From a virus, in the IMG/VR virus record IMGVR_UViG_3300027763_000039, positions 1-64,000 of that record: 64,000 bases of DNA; one strand, written 5' to 3'. Under the pieces are notes generated by a model. The model did not search any database. It was not told the origin of the DNA and worked only from the letters and a program-made list of their open reading frames with translations. Positions 49,201-58,502 of the stretch are shown in pieces. Made by a program: the position numbers and the translations under genes. Each line of letters opens with the position of its first letter. Positions within the stretch are counted from its first letter, which is position 1.

Positions 49201-51226
49201 AAGTAGAACATGAAATAGTTTCATCTTTTATGAACGGTCTAGGATAAGTGTTATTAAATATCGAACAACCAGTAAAATATACTACTTCTTTAAGGAGATG
49301 ATCATTGAAAAAAATTCCGGCCATATTCGCTGTTTTTTTTGTTATCGCCCCATCATTACAAGCAGAAGCATATTTTTTTCTATTGTTAATTTTACTTTCT
49401 ATTTTTAGATTACCCAATTCAATAGTTTGATTGTATGAAAACTGTTTAGAGATTGTTTGATCCAAGCAGTCTACATTAGACGAACAACCTCCTGATAATT
49501 TTCGGGTATCATTTATTTTTACTCCCATATCAAAACTTAAATCAATATAGGATTGAGATTTAATGTCTTTTGAAAATTCTAATATTGAAGAGGTATTAGG
49601 CCCACACCATAAATAAGCACCATATTTATTACCAAGAGTATGTATTAACTCTTCGTTAGAAGAAATAAAATTCATATGACTAACAGAATCAATCTCGCTA
49701 GCAGACATATCTTTATTTAGTTGATCTCTTTGTCTATATTCATTAATAGGGTTAACTGGATTCTGATCTTTATCTAATTGTTTGGGATCTAAGTCTGTAG
49801 TTTTTAATAAATCTACAACAACAGCATCATATTGAGGAGCAGTACTCAGCAAAGCAGCCAACTCAAACTTTTGCAGTTTTGTCATTGTATTTGGTCTGGT
49901 TCTTGATTCGTTATCTGCATTATCTATACGATCATAAATATCTCTCATTAAAGGATATAGATTAGCAGAAATATATGTGAAAGATGAACCAGATGGTATT
50001 ACGCCTATTACTTCAGAACCTTTAATCACTTTAATTCCTGAAGGACAAGTATTAACTACCGGGGTTTGGTCTTGTGATTCTGGAGGAGTCATTGATAATG
50101 GTTCTGGACCATCATTTTTAGCATAAAAGACATCTCCGGGAGATATATACAAATCTATACCTGGAATTGGCCTCTTATCATTTTTTCTGTCTTTGTCATA
50201 ATATCTATACCAGCCAATAATGCCAGAAGAATAATTCCATCTCCAATAAGAAGCTAATTTTTCTGTTTTAACAAAAATGTTATTATAGGTATTTTTAGAA
50301 AATCCATAGGGGACAGCACTGAAATCTTCAATAGACGGCAAAAGATCACTAATCTCTTCGGTTACTGTAGATTCTGGAAGAGGATAAGTATCCGGTACTA
50401 CCTCAGAGTCTTCTCCCATTAATCCACTAAATATAACATTAGAAGTATATGAAATAACTCCTGATCCTTTATTATTTAACTTGGTCAGAATAAAATGACC
50501 ACAAGTACTACCTGTTTGAAGATGTTTTTTATATGCTTTGTTGTGGTCATCTATATTATCATATTGAGAAGTGATAGGATCATACGGAATTTCGCCTATT
50601 CTAGGTTTAAGTTCCCAGTCTATGCATAGTTGTGGAGTAGATGAATTATTTGTAAAACTATTAAGAGGATTATTGCTACCATTTCCAAACTTAATAAATT
50701 TATCAAATCCTAGTCCAGAACCAACAGCTGGAAACTGTTTCATATGTTTAAAATCGTAAAATTGATCCAAATATTTCTGGTTCAAAATAGGCACTTTTGG
50801 TAAATAATCATCTCTTTCCATTCTAATGTCACACGCACCATTGCAACAATTAGAAGATAAAGATGTTGACTTATTTCCATTAGTATCTTTTAATTTCCAG
50901 GCAATTTTATGATTTGTGTTGTTGCTTAATGAAGAACAGTAAGAACAACGAAAAGAATCAATTGATTCAATTTCATCATAAGATGTTATTACGGGGGAAC
51001 AACGACAAGGATCAAAAGATGTATTTAAAGTAGTATCTGGTTGAGATAATAAATCCCCATATTTAATTGTAGAGTGTTTATTGTAAACAACAAGAGGTCT
51101 CCACAGCCCACTAGTTTTTGTATCAAATGGAGGAAGAAGAGTTGTTAGTGATGTTTTATCAATAATAGCAGTACTAAAATCTGCATCAGATAGAAAAGAC
51201 TTATTAAATATGGAACAGCAACTCAT
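43241..51226 (-). CDS. Very large (2661 aa) Cys-rich putative virion/tail protein
   Basis: Long ORF downstream of the tape-measure-like gene; Cys clusters at the N-terminus and over the last ~650 aa. Confidence 0.65.
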   Translation of the reverse strand: MSCCSIFNKSFLSDADFSTAIIDKTSLTTLLPPFDTKTSGLWRPLVVYNKHSTIKYGDLLSQPDTTLNTSFDPCRCSPVITSYDEIESIDSFRCSYCSSLSNNTNHKIAWKLKDTNGNKSTSLSSNCCNGACDIRMERDDYLPKVPILNQKYLDQFYDFKHMKQFPAVGSGLGFDKFIKFGNGSNNPLNSFTNNSSTPQLCIDWELKPRIGEIPYDPITSQYDNIDDHNKAYKKHLQTGSTCGHFILTKLNNKGSGVISYTSNVIFSGLMGEDSEVVPDTYPLPESTVTEEISDLLPSIEDFSAVPYGFSKNTYNNIFVKTEKLASYWRWNYSSGIIGWYRYYDKDRKNDKRPIPGIDLYISPGDVFYAKNDGPEPLSMTPPESQDQTPVVNTCPSGIKVIKGSEVIGVIPSGSSFTYISANLYPLMRDIYDRIDNADNESRTRPNTMTKLQKFELAALLSTAPQYDAVVVDLLKTTDLDPKQLDKDQNPVNPINEYRQRDQLNKDMSASEIDSVSHMNFISSNEELIHTLGNKYGAYLWCGPNTSSILEFSKDIKSQSYIDLSFDMGVKINDTRKLSGGCSSNVDCLDQTISKQFSYNQTIELGNLKIESKINNRKKYASACNDGAITKKTANMAGIFFNDHLLKEVVYFTGCSIFNNTYPRPFIKDETISCSTCGDGSSYKLALKLNPILCSGFQGDASFCDEPSARFANNSEGFVVGTRPARTIYDESLYHTRKYNAAIMNPRIDKAAFHYQGGVYYDSKIFGANNSTVFDQGTLWLTDGKCRITFTTKDVGIKIYGLNIEKLRAFNQDTRECLGFPNKNECQCFSMSPITDYPHVCSTDGGSITYSNEPLLFTPSLSTDHGPVFASYGGYSKKDISKLLGDIRIPGHPDVGDFIDPLSEKIDPEQPYGCSQSVTVNFPNYVKTEWNFSLPSYNTIHADVWAEVIENVDLFKPRSYSQTFDEDGNLEWTSSPNIGYQRFATRVTLNDTIVYDKQKKVFISKGGGSSSSVTATLVNPYLEALVGNDLVLYPPVGNFCSTNTVFGTLGNQSIDLAVKFERVPRKQMLNFAVPAPVQMGTLKRGFFHPNTGLIYGGDKTDKTSVVRDSGNLTSYIDYDKEVFRKEEKFKDGTMLIGEMNDKLKETLRQISELNNHKKIRLYLKIDNQWWEYNDPNIFGYFKDEKKYIGQPYLFEYTKKDSTTNLSGPILPVSTKEHLDFNFFYNFTYDLFNTQRTNTYYPIVNTKFTRGRDPKKIIIEGSRPYFLVAEKTENNTSRLNTKFTDLQIDYNRKNMVGYVHNTKKDCDQKVLITSKENSKLSYIGKIIEKSIYSIYVDKNGNKLNYNDNIHDKYLRIYTEFVLDANVKYSIGVLDFTFLGKIPQINLENINELADIIDQAEDVKLGVDSLIIYQNIPEALRSENDPLLRNPIYSTKWGDLIDFDGKLINELGEYIYNTGYLHDFYPDSLYKNLFFKTIINNANNNLYNYNFKIKDQQDNLKEVLIKYNGQTSYVIHQKYNIGDGNNSIVRKTFRDYNNYLPFMDINFVPNYGEYENSVRENFKPILKGLLIKDLEILVKSLLQNSSYIYSGVVQISGIYKNLDAGHIWEPKYLNPDDKELFFIDIQKRNELKSSLTIKPDQIFYTNTLRVDDVPFQLYSVESNSVINREGIRSVFTPATPTTAVTFPPITFDFGHFQKTPYTGTPFIKMPVYGDTDRVEGCGSAACGINTIGAVSFSGIYHIQMPKMKSLPQELNDIPYIISYDAGIYNPIGNHQLYYIQRLELNPNNTLYPATNCNKDISPRPTISRISVLNEEYQSIMRDSIVDDHTEIVKKTDIFANEILFRMRYGQKQKINLKTIDDHTTQTIKFNDLIKYTDPKIEAKDIYKNIPYNLDKTAIPPNRKINGSLSIQGKLIVGKSVSVTIGNKNMTISVRSGDGKIKIVVDIDGQTIESVIHTEYVTSHSLAVSDQKLSDTSTTKYTLLTQCQEIASHSVSFMSAHPKGVLYNTFKCDGVTREDLKLPYWGSEKSCNLGSWRPGMPDPTCNPDYGSPPGYVVQYRPSNGCLGTIILDTPEFLCTNLGIGYSVKDLMGPDCKQLTSTSRTIKYGRYSRGVFSGCYAEGSINGLLIGRSLENAIGGRIIQHPQGIGSLRSVSEPSCGTCFTDSYKNPLTDNLYYSAINGRSFPPAMGDTEDHCDCIDWEYGYCQNSADGRCACDAADGPLQYDYQPFDYNFEYCRYQIALKGHKRKIKYGTSDARKTIPLPSCRGYSGNGETAGPIGEIGGEAVEECVWIECDTGAPGAWYIYDAVTTSPTTPYNPLCPTNLCSINYDNNSLTINLPGGPPHCVSHRIRNNCPIIKVTVPDDSFTVSDSISSSCDNCGVEPNKITMPPQIQQWEIITETRTCMLGYFLSSPDKNVDGPVAMGVQTIGCGLCNGCSAVACGPQTYTNGGMGLCGREAPDSFPWSTCISFKMGDPEICVKGNMRYPTAIVAGCDIPITYPASNTVAQNRMKEIWKNQMEQNFRNIAPCNNNGSLNVGDIVEGVVPEDCAGVFYKDISYPAITYRATLTDTPAVEKLTATYTVAYYTYRYRRPKTVQDTFKTDVIRAKCDRIKGSCPTGSINTTEIYKTADCDSTPQCYNTDIPVCDDANYCCRAGKKTDLRTKD

Positions 51227-51236
51227 TTTTTATTTC

Positions 51237-54200
51237 CTAACAATTAACCGATTGTAAAATCCATGACCCATTCATAAAAATAAACATTCCTAAATCATCA
51301 GGCACAACATTAAAACCCATCGGATTATTAAAAGTAGTAAGATATGTCTCAGGGGTTATGACTGGTGCCGGAGATGTGGTTGAGCTTATATTGGCAGCCG
51401 TATTAGCTGGATCCTGATAAATATTATAGATAGATACCTGTGTTTCTCCTTTAATGATTCCAGAGGTTATGTAGTGTTTATTATAAATGGGTTCATAAAA
51501 TCCATTTTGACCATTATATTTACAATACACAGGAGCATTTCGTGGGACGCAAATAATATTCAGATTATCTTGAACAAATACTAATTTTCTTAAACCACTT
51601 GGTAATGGATCGTTTGTATATGAATCTTCTATAACAGCTCCTCTAGAGGGTTGTCTGTTAACTAAATCAGTTTCTAATACTACCCAAATTGGTTTATAAT
51701 TGGCTCCCACAGTCCATACTCCAGCATTAGCATCCCATCTTAAATCAATAGGTCCAACTGGCCAAGTACTAGGTAATTGTCCCCAACCTTTATAAAACTG
51801 ATGCTCCTTGTATGGCTCTGTCCATGTACCATCGGGTTTTTGGCTTTGATTTTTGTATATGATTTGTTTGGTTTTTGTATCTTTAACTATTTCTCCATCA
51901 ATAACTTTTGGTTCTCCAGAAGCATTAGGAACAGGATATCCTTCTAGATCATAACCCCAAGCATGGACCATTAAAGGTCCGCGTAAACCAAAATATCTCA
52001 TATTATTAGCTGGGGTGATTCCTGGAGCCACCCCCCGTTTGCTACAAAACTCCATATAATTTTGATCATAGTCTAAATAGCTACGCTCTATATTTTTTGC
52101 ATATGCTGGTTTTAAACCATTAGCCCCTTCTGGTATTGTTAATCCTTGACCTATCAGATCTATACTATGACCAGTTTTATCAGTAAATTGTCTATTTTGA
52201 AAACTACTAAATTCCCCAACAGACATTAATACAGGATTTAGTGTTGCATAATTAATAATTGGATTACCACTTAATCCATTAGGTAGTCCTGAAGAATTTT
52301 TACCGATCAAAGTCAAATCATCACCACTAGCTAAAATATATGGAGGATTAGTTTCTTTTGGAGATGCTGAAACCAAAGCTTTTTTCTTTTTATCTTCTAT
52401 AGTTTCACAAAATGGACATTCTACTTCTTTTTCGATTGCAGCATTAGTCATTGTGCTAACATTAACAGTAGTCAAAGTATTATCAGGATCTAAATATTTA
52501 TATTTATATTTTGCAGTTCCTTGACAAAATGGACATCCTGGCCTGGGATACTTGGTAATACTAAAAGTGGATCCGTGTGGAGTTGGATAAAATGAAATGG
52601 GAGATAGTATTCCGTCCAAACTCATCATCGATTTATTTTCATATCCTTTTTGAAATTCTGTAGGTAATTCTTGAACGTCCTGTAAAGAAACATTGGTTGA
52701 TTCCCTTATCATATTTATAGGATCATATGAAATGTTTCTCGTTACAAAAGGCATCTTAGACCAACCAGGAGAATAATTTAAATCTTTGTATATATCGGTG
52801 ATGGTACTATCTGGACGAACAATAGTAGCATTTGAACCAGTTAAAATTTCAAATGGACTCCATCTTAAAACCTTAGGAGTATTGTCTTCGTTGTGTATAT
52901 TAAAAAGATTTCCAAAATATCTTTGATTACTTAGTGTTGGACCATATTGTGGACCATTATTTAATGACCCTAATACTCCCATTAAGCTGGTACTTATTTC
53001 TTTTCTTCTTTTGAGTGATTCTTGACCTATTTCTTTTATTCTATCTGCATTTTCTTTGTTATAAAAACCCAATTTTCTAGTATAGGTTCTAAAATTATAA
53101 TTAGTAGTAATACCTCCTTCACCAACTTGAACTTGAATACTACTAATAATAGGACCTCCAAATTTTTGATTTTCACCTATTAGAGCATCTCCTAAATTAA
53201 AAGCTGTTCCTGAAAGACTTGTTAACAGTGCTCCGGGAACTTGAATAGAACCTTGTTCAGTGATTTGTTGATAGTTAACGTCATCTTTAATTCTTGCCAT
53301 AACAGCAGCGTCTAAAGCATCCATACCACCATAATTCCAAGGAACTAATCCAGCATCATGTTGAACTTTTACGCTTCCTACAAGATTATTAACAGATGAT
53401 GGTACATCTAAAACTGTTTTATCAAAGATTGCTTCTTCTATTAGTCCAGGATGATTGGTCCATGGTCCATATGTAGCCATTGAACTTTCAAGTGGTATAG
53501 CAGCAAAATATGGGTAAGCTGCTTTTTCTAAGACATGCATATTATTTGATGACAAGTTTGAATCTTGACCATTATTGTCCAAGAATACTTCATTTTGTAG
53601 ACCAGGATATAAAAATGATGCCATGACACCTCTTGGGTCCCAAGTTAAAGTATAAGGATATCTACGCAAACCTCCATTAACTGTTGAATTTGTTCCAACG
53701 TCCGCTCCATTTCTTACAGGAGATGGTATAGTAGAATCTTTCAGCATTTTCAGTAAAAAATCTTGACTTATAATATGTCCTACTTCTTTATCCGCTATAT
53801 TTCTACCATTACCCATTTTAACTGGTGAAGATATTTGTACTACTACTCTAGCGTCAGCGTCTGGCTCAATAAAAACAAAATCTTTTTCACAATTAGCTTT
53901 AACATATGTTTTACCAATTTGTTTACTAACTTTACTATTTGCTCCTGTACTAGATCCTATAGGAAATCCGTGAGCTGTGCGAAAAGCCATAGAATTTGCA
54001 AATCCACCAGTATATATGTCAATATATTCTTCTGGAGGCAAAGAATGACTGATAGAGCTATAATAATTATTATTTTCATCTACGGCATCAGTTGCTCTAC
54101 GACTATTTAGTAAAAATGTCCAATTGGTAACTAAATGAGATTTTCCATAATTACTAGCAGGAATGTTACTAGCATTGAAAATATATTGTTCAGCTACCCA

Positions 54201-56807
54201 CTTTTCTCTACTATTAACTTCTGGATGATTACTAAATCCAATTATTGGAGGTATTTTACCTTGATCATCACACATGGCATTAACTGTAACTGATCCTACT
54301 ATCAAAGCATCATCAATATAATTACCTGGTTCTTCCCAGGCCCCGTCAGATGAAATCTGAAAATCTGTATAAACCTTCCCAGTACCTTGTTGAACAAAGA
54401 TTCCAGTTGATTTTCCATCTGAATCTTTAATCTCAGTCGTGGCACCATCATTAGTAAATAATCTATTATCTCTATACCACTGTGGCATAGGAACTTTAAT
54501 CATATATTGTTTACCATAATATTCTGTGGCGATATTAGCAAAAAATTTATGAATAGCTTGCAAATGATTATATAGAGTTTTTTGAAAAGGAGTAGCTTTA
54601 TCCATTTCTGTTTGGGCCTGTCTTTGTGCTCCACCTTGAAAATTTGCTCGGTTCACACGATCAGTATTAGAGTTATTCCATAGCGTTTTTACTAAACCTT
54701 TAAAATTTTCTGAAGCATTAAAATTACCATATGTTTGTCTAAAAACTTTGTAACAAAGTTCAGCAATATCTGTGGTGAAATTTGGATTAAAAGCATATGC
54801 CATCCATACATCAAAACCCTTACCAGCAGCTCGTATTTCATTTTCTAAAACTAAAAATAATGAACTGTTATTACTATAACCATCAAAGTATGTTTTTGGC
54901 AAAGCACCCTTAAGGTCATCTATATAAAATAAAATTTGCATTTGAGCCATACCAGGATCAAAATAAACTTTACGAACTAATCCATTAGAGCCTACTCCAA
55001 AATAAGGACAGATGACATCTGTATACATTGGATGATTTTCCTTAGCTCCTGGTAATTTAATAAGAGTAATTTTACCAGCCAAATTTACTCCATCATAATA
55101 ATTTCCTCTAGAAATATTATTAGAAGAACTCCAAGGATCTAAAGGATTGGGATTATTTGAGAACATCTGTTTATCAGTGAAATTTCCCGGTTGATTCTCA
55201 GCCACTGCTGCACCATCACCATATAAACTAGAATATCTTCTGGTACTCAAAAAACTAGGAGCTCTTAATTGATTACTACCTGGTTGTCCAATAGAATTTT
55301 CATAATTAATAAAAGAACCCGTTTTATTATTAGCATAAGGATCATAAATTAGTGTTGTTTGCTTAGAAACTAAAGAACTAGTTTTAAATTGCCATAATCT
55401 TTTCTGTTTTCCACCCAAATACATTGATCTAGTAGTTTGATCAGAGTATTCTTGTCCATAATTGAAAGTGCTAACATTATACTTCTGCCTTACTAACCAA
55501 GATACATAGTTTTTAATAACATCTTTTTGTGGTTGTAATCTACGAGAGACTGTGTTAACCTTAAAAATGGCACTATATGTACTTCCAGCAGGAGCTGGTT
55601 CTAATGAGATAAAAAAATCATATCCTGATCCATCACAAATTTCTGTAATAAAAGACATTAAACTAATAGTTGGTCCTGTCATATATAGACTAGAAGGTGG
55701 ATATGGTAATGCGCTCAAATCTAATTTATAGTAAGAATGAAAACTTCCATCACCACCCATAACACTAGGACATAAACAACAGTCTTTTAATGATATCTTG
55801 TTACCATCAGCATCATTTATACCAGATTGATCAAAATCTACAGGAGAACCATTTGCAAAAGATAGTGCTCGGCCAAGAATTGCACCATGAGGAAAAAATG
55901 GATTAGTGTCTGTTGTTCCTTGAGCCAGCATATTAACTAGAGCATCATAGATATTTCTTGCGGGTATTCCATTGTCTGTTCTTCCAGAATTACCAAATCC
56001 TATTTGTTCCCAGTATCCATAAATATTAAAAACATTAGGTAAATTACCTTGTCTTATAGAACCATTAAATGGTAAAAACGGTTTAGTAGAATCATAATGA
56101 CATGGTACAGAGATATTTTTTCCAGTACTATTGTCTGCTGTGTTTGGTATTGTGGCGGCTACTGTTCCAGCATATTCATCTATAATTAACCAACATCCTT
56201 TTAATAAAGACGACCCACTCTTCATCTCTATTTCATAAATGGGCGAACCGCCTTGAGAACCGTTAGCTTTCCATGATGTTATTAATCCTCCAAAATATAA
56301 ATCTTCAAACCAAAATACTGCTGGAATACCAATCAAGTCATATCCTACATTAGAAAACTTATTGGCGCCAGCTAAAAACCCTGGATCTGGTCCTAACCAT
56401 TTTTTTGGAATACCATTAACATTTTTACATATTTTCCCAAAATCCATACTATTATTATTTTGTTGTTCAATTTGTAAGCTAATTGGCTTAACTAAATTTT
56501 TAGTATTATCTGTAGAGAAATTTTCTGATGAGTCCATCACCAAAGCTTGAGACTTAGTATTAACTGGTTGATTATTAACCTGTTTTACCGAAGTATTAAG
56601 AGTATTATATTTAACAGATCGTGGGTGGTATGCTTGGTCCCATACTACAGTAACGGTTAAAGAACTAGAATCCTCACCCCAGGCCAAATTCATATTAAAG
56701 TTAGTAACGCTACATCCTAAAAATAGTGATTGTTCTAGTGGACCAACTTCTCTATATGACCCAACCGGATCAGCTGTACACTCTTTGCTAGGAGTTATAT
56801 TTCCCAT
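51237..56807 (-). CDS. Large putative tail/baseplate hub protein (1856 aa)
   Basis: N-terminal beta-rich segment (FLGCSVTNFNMNLAWG...LTVTV), position in the tail block, CPFC...CPFC finger; TAAGGA SD. Confidence 0.65.
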   Translation of the reverse strand: MGNITPSKECTADPVGSYREVGPLEQSLFLGCSVTNFNMNLAWGEDSSSLTVTVVWDQAYHPRSVKYNTLNTSVKQVNNQPVNTKSQALVMDSSENFSTDNTKNLVKPISLQIEQQNNNSMDFGKICKNVNGIPKKWLGPDPGFLAGANKFSNVGYDLIGIPAVFWFEDLYFGGLITSWKANGSQGGSPIYEIEMKSGSSLLKGCWLIIDEYAGTVAATIPNTADNSTGKNISVPCHYDSTKPFLPFNGSIRQGNLPNVFNIYGYWEQIGFGNSGRTDNGIPARNIYDALVNMLAQGTTDTNPFFPHGAILGRALSFANGSPVDFDQSGINDADGNKISLKDCCLCPSVMGGDGSFHSYYKLDLSALPYPPSSLYMTGPTISLMSFITEICDGSGYDFFISLEPAPAGSTYSAIFKVNTVSRRLQPQKDVIKNYVSWLVRQKYNVSTFNYGQEYSDQTTRSMYLGGKQKRLWQFKTSSLVSKQTTLIYDPYANNKTGSFINYENSIGQPGSNQLRAPSFLSTRRYSSLYGDGAAVAENQPGNFTDKQMFSNNPNPLDPWSSSNNISRGNYYDGVNLAGKITLIKLPGAKENHPMYTDVICPYFGVGSNGLVRKVYFDPGMAQMQILFYIDDLKGALPKTYFDGYSNNSSLFLVLENEIRAAGKGFDVWMAYAFNPNFTTDIAELCYKVFRQTYGNFNASENFKGLVKTLWNNSNTDRVNRANFQGGAQRQAQTEMDKATPFQKTLYNHLQAIHKFFANIATEYYGKQYMIKVPMPQWYRDNRLFTNDGATTEIKDSDGKSTGIFVQQGTGKVYTDFQISSDGAWEEPGNYIDDALIVGSVTVNAMCDDQGKIPPIIGFSNHPEVNSREKWVAEQYIFNASNIPASNYGKSHLVTNWTFLLNSRRATDAVDENNNYYSSISHSLPPEEYIDIYTGGFANSMAFRTAHGFPIGSSTGANSKVSKQIGKTYVKANCEKDFVFIEPDADARVVVQISSPVKMGNGRNIADKEVGHIISQDFLLKMLKDSTIPSPVRNGADVGTNSTVNGGLRRYPYTLTWDPRGVMASFLYPGLQNEVFLDNNGQDSNLSSNNMHVLEKAAYPYFAAIPLESSMATYGPWTNHPGLIEEAIFDKTVLDVPSSVNNLVGSVKVQHDAGLVPWNYGGMDALDAAVMARIKDDVNYQQITEQGSIQVPGALLTSLSGTAFNLGDALIGENQKFGGPIISSIQVQVGEGGITTNYNFRTYTRKLGFYNKENADRIKEIGQESLKRRKEISTSLMGVLGSLNNGPQYGPTLSNQRYFGNLFNIHNEDNTPKVLRWSPFEILTGSNATIVRPDSTITDIYKDLNYSPGWSKMPFVTRNISYDPINMIRESTNVSLQDVQELPTEFQKGYENKSMMSLDGILSPISFYPTPHGSTFSITKYPRPGCPFCQGTAKYKYKYLDPDNTLTTVNVSTMTNAAIEKEVECPFCETIEDKKKKALVSASPKETNPPYILASGDDLTLIGKNSSGLPNGLSGNPIINYATLNPVLMSVGEFSSFQNRQFTDKTGHSIDLIGQGLTIPEGANGLKPAYAKNIERSYLDYDQNYMEFCSKRGVAPGITPANNMRYFGLRGPLMVHAWGYDLEGYPVPNASGEPKVIDGEIVKDTKTKQIIYKNQSQKPDGTWTEPYKEHQFYKGWGQLPSTWPVGPIDLRWDANAGVWTVGANYKPIWVVLETDLVNRQPSRGAVIEDSYTNDPLPSGLRKLVFVQDNLNIICVPRNAPVYCKYNGQNGFYEPIYNKHYITSGIIKGETQVSIYNIYQDPANTAANISSTTSPAPVITPETYLTTFNNPMGFNVVPDDLGMFIFMNGSWILQSVNC

Positions 56808-56834
56808 AATTTTATCCTTATTTTAATCTTCCTA

Positions 56835-58481
56835 TTAATCTGTTATGCACCTTACCCATTCCCATCCTTTAATTTTCGTGAATCTTCCTTCGGTGGGATT
56901 CCAAGTTGAACTATCCTGCTTGATATAAGATTTTACACCGCCGTTGATTGGATTAGATGACATATTCCCCGGATTAAAAGCTTCAACTGCTCCTGTAACA
57001 GCATTATAATGTTCTACTGGAAATGTTAGATTTTTTAATCCTGTTGGCCTAGGAAATATCGCTTCAAAAGTAACATTTCTAGTAGCAGCAGTAACTGTTC
57101 CCAAGTCTTGTAAAATAGGACCAAGTTTACGACCAAGAACAAAAATAGAAGCAATAATAGGAACAGCAGAAGTATCTTCTATAGTTAATGTTTCGCTAAT
57201 TGAACCTGGAATTAAATTAATTGGTCTATTGTTAAAAACCCAATTATAAGTCACAGTACCTTCTGATGGATTAAAACCTTCTTGAATACTATATGGAATG
57301 GGATTCATTGCATTTTCATATCCATTTGATCGAGTTCTATCGTTTTTGAATGGGCCGTCTTTAAAAAGAGGAGAAAAAAAGCTACGATCTCCAGTATTGG
57401 CAAAACTATTTACTCTATTCATTATTTCAGGCTTAATACCACTATATCCACTAATAGCAGCAATAAATTTACTATTGTATATTCTAGTGTCTTTAGTATC
57501 TTTGTTATGAAGTTCGGCCAACGAACCACTTAAAGATCCACTAATATATGGTACTTTATCTTTGTTGTATATGTTTCCACTTTGAAAAGGTTCTAATCCT
57601 TTAACTGTGCCTTGAATAGTAACTGTTCTTAACATGGTATTATCTAGAGTATTCTCCACAGAGAAAGTTTCTATATACCCCATTTTATCATCAGGCATAC
57701 CCAGCCAAGTATCTGTAACTTTATAAGAACCTTCAGTATCACTAGTATTAACACTTCTAACAAAATTATACAGATATAAGCCCTGATCAATAACTCCTGT
57801 ATATTTGGGGATTCCAGTAAGATGAACATTAACCCAGTATTTTGCATTTTGAACGGCACTTGTTCCTACTCCACTACCTGTTGGTATAAATTTACCAACT
57901 GCCCCTAATACTCTGGTAATACGATATAGTGGATATATTGAACCGGCACCATATGTTATCTTTCCAAAACCCAAAGAACCAATATCTAATGGAGATTTAG
58001 CAAAATTATACTCATCAATAGTTTCTATAGTATAATCATCTTGCGTACTACTAACATAGTATATGTTATTTCCTGTATCTACAACTTCTGATTGTAATTC
58101 TATACTATAGTTTATTGTAGTTGTCCAATTATCCTCTGTTTTATCAGCAGCATATTTAGTAATTTTAATTCCAGAATATACTATATTATCCTTAGTAGAA
58201 TTATCATTCTCTCCACAACCGATAGTTAAATTTTGTCCATCTGAAGAAAAAATCTTTTTCAATCCACTTTCCAAAGTTAGTAAACCAGAAAAACCAGAAT
58301 TCCCGCCGCTAATAGCAGAATAGATTTTCCCCTCTAAATTAATAGTAACAGTAGCTCCAACAGGTCTCCCACCACCATCTCTTTGTTGTTCTTTAGAGAT
58401 ACTTATTACTGGAACAGGATATCCGCTGGCTCCTTTAAAGCTAAAGGTTCCATATTTTATATATGCTGATGTTGCTGCCAT
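56835..58481 (-). CDS. Putative tail structural protein (548 aa)
   Basis: Beta-rich with internally repeated modules (TINYSIEL / GSYKVTDTW / GTVTYNWVF); tail-block context. Confidence 0.6.
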   Translation of the reverse strand: MAATSAYIKYGTFSFKGASGYPVPVISISKEQQRDGGGRPVGATVTINLEGKIYSAISGGNSGFSGLLTLESGLKKIFSSDGQNLTIGCGENDNSTKDNIVYSGIKITKYAADKTEDNWTTTINYSIELQSEVVDTGNNIYYVSSTQDDYTIETIDEYNFAKSPLDIGSLGFGKITYGAGSIYPLYRITRVLGAVGKFIPTGSGVGTSAVQNAKYWVNVHLTGIPKYTGVIDQGLYLYNFVRSVNTSDTEGSYKVTDTWLGMPDDKMGYIETFSVENTLDNTMLRTVTIQGTVKGLEPFQSGNIYNKDKVPYISGSLSGSLAELHNKDTKDTRIYNSKFIAAISGYSGIKPEIMNRVNSFANTGDRSFFSPLFKDGPFKNDRTRSNGYENAMNPIPYSIQEGFNPSEGTVTYNWVFNNRPINLIPGSISETLTIEDTSAVPIIASIFVLGRKLGPILQDLGTVTAATRNVTFEAIFPRPTGLKNLTFPVEHYNAVTGAVEAFNPGNMSSNPINGGVKSYIKQDSSTWNPTEGRFTKIKGWEWVRCITD

Positions 58482-58502
58482 AAATTATCCTTAAATTTAT
58501 TC

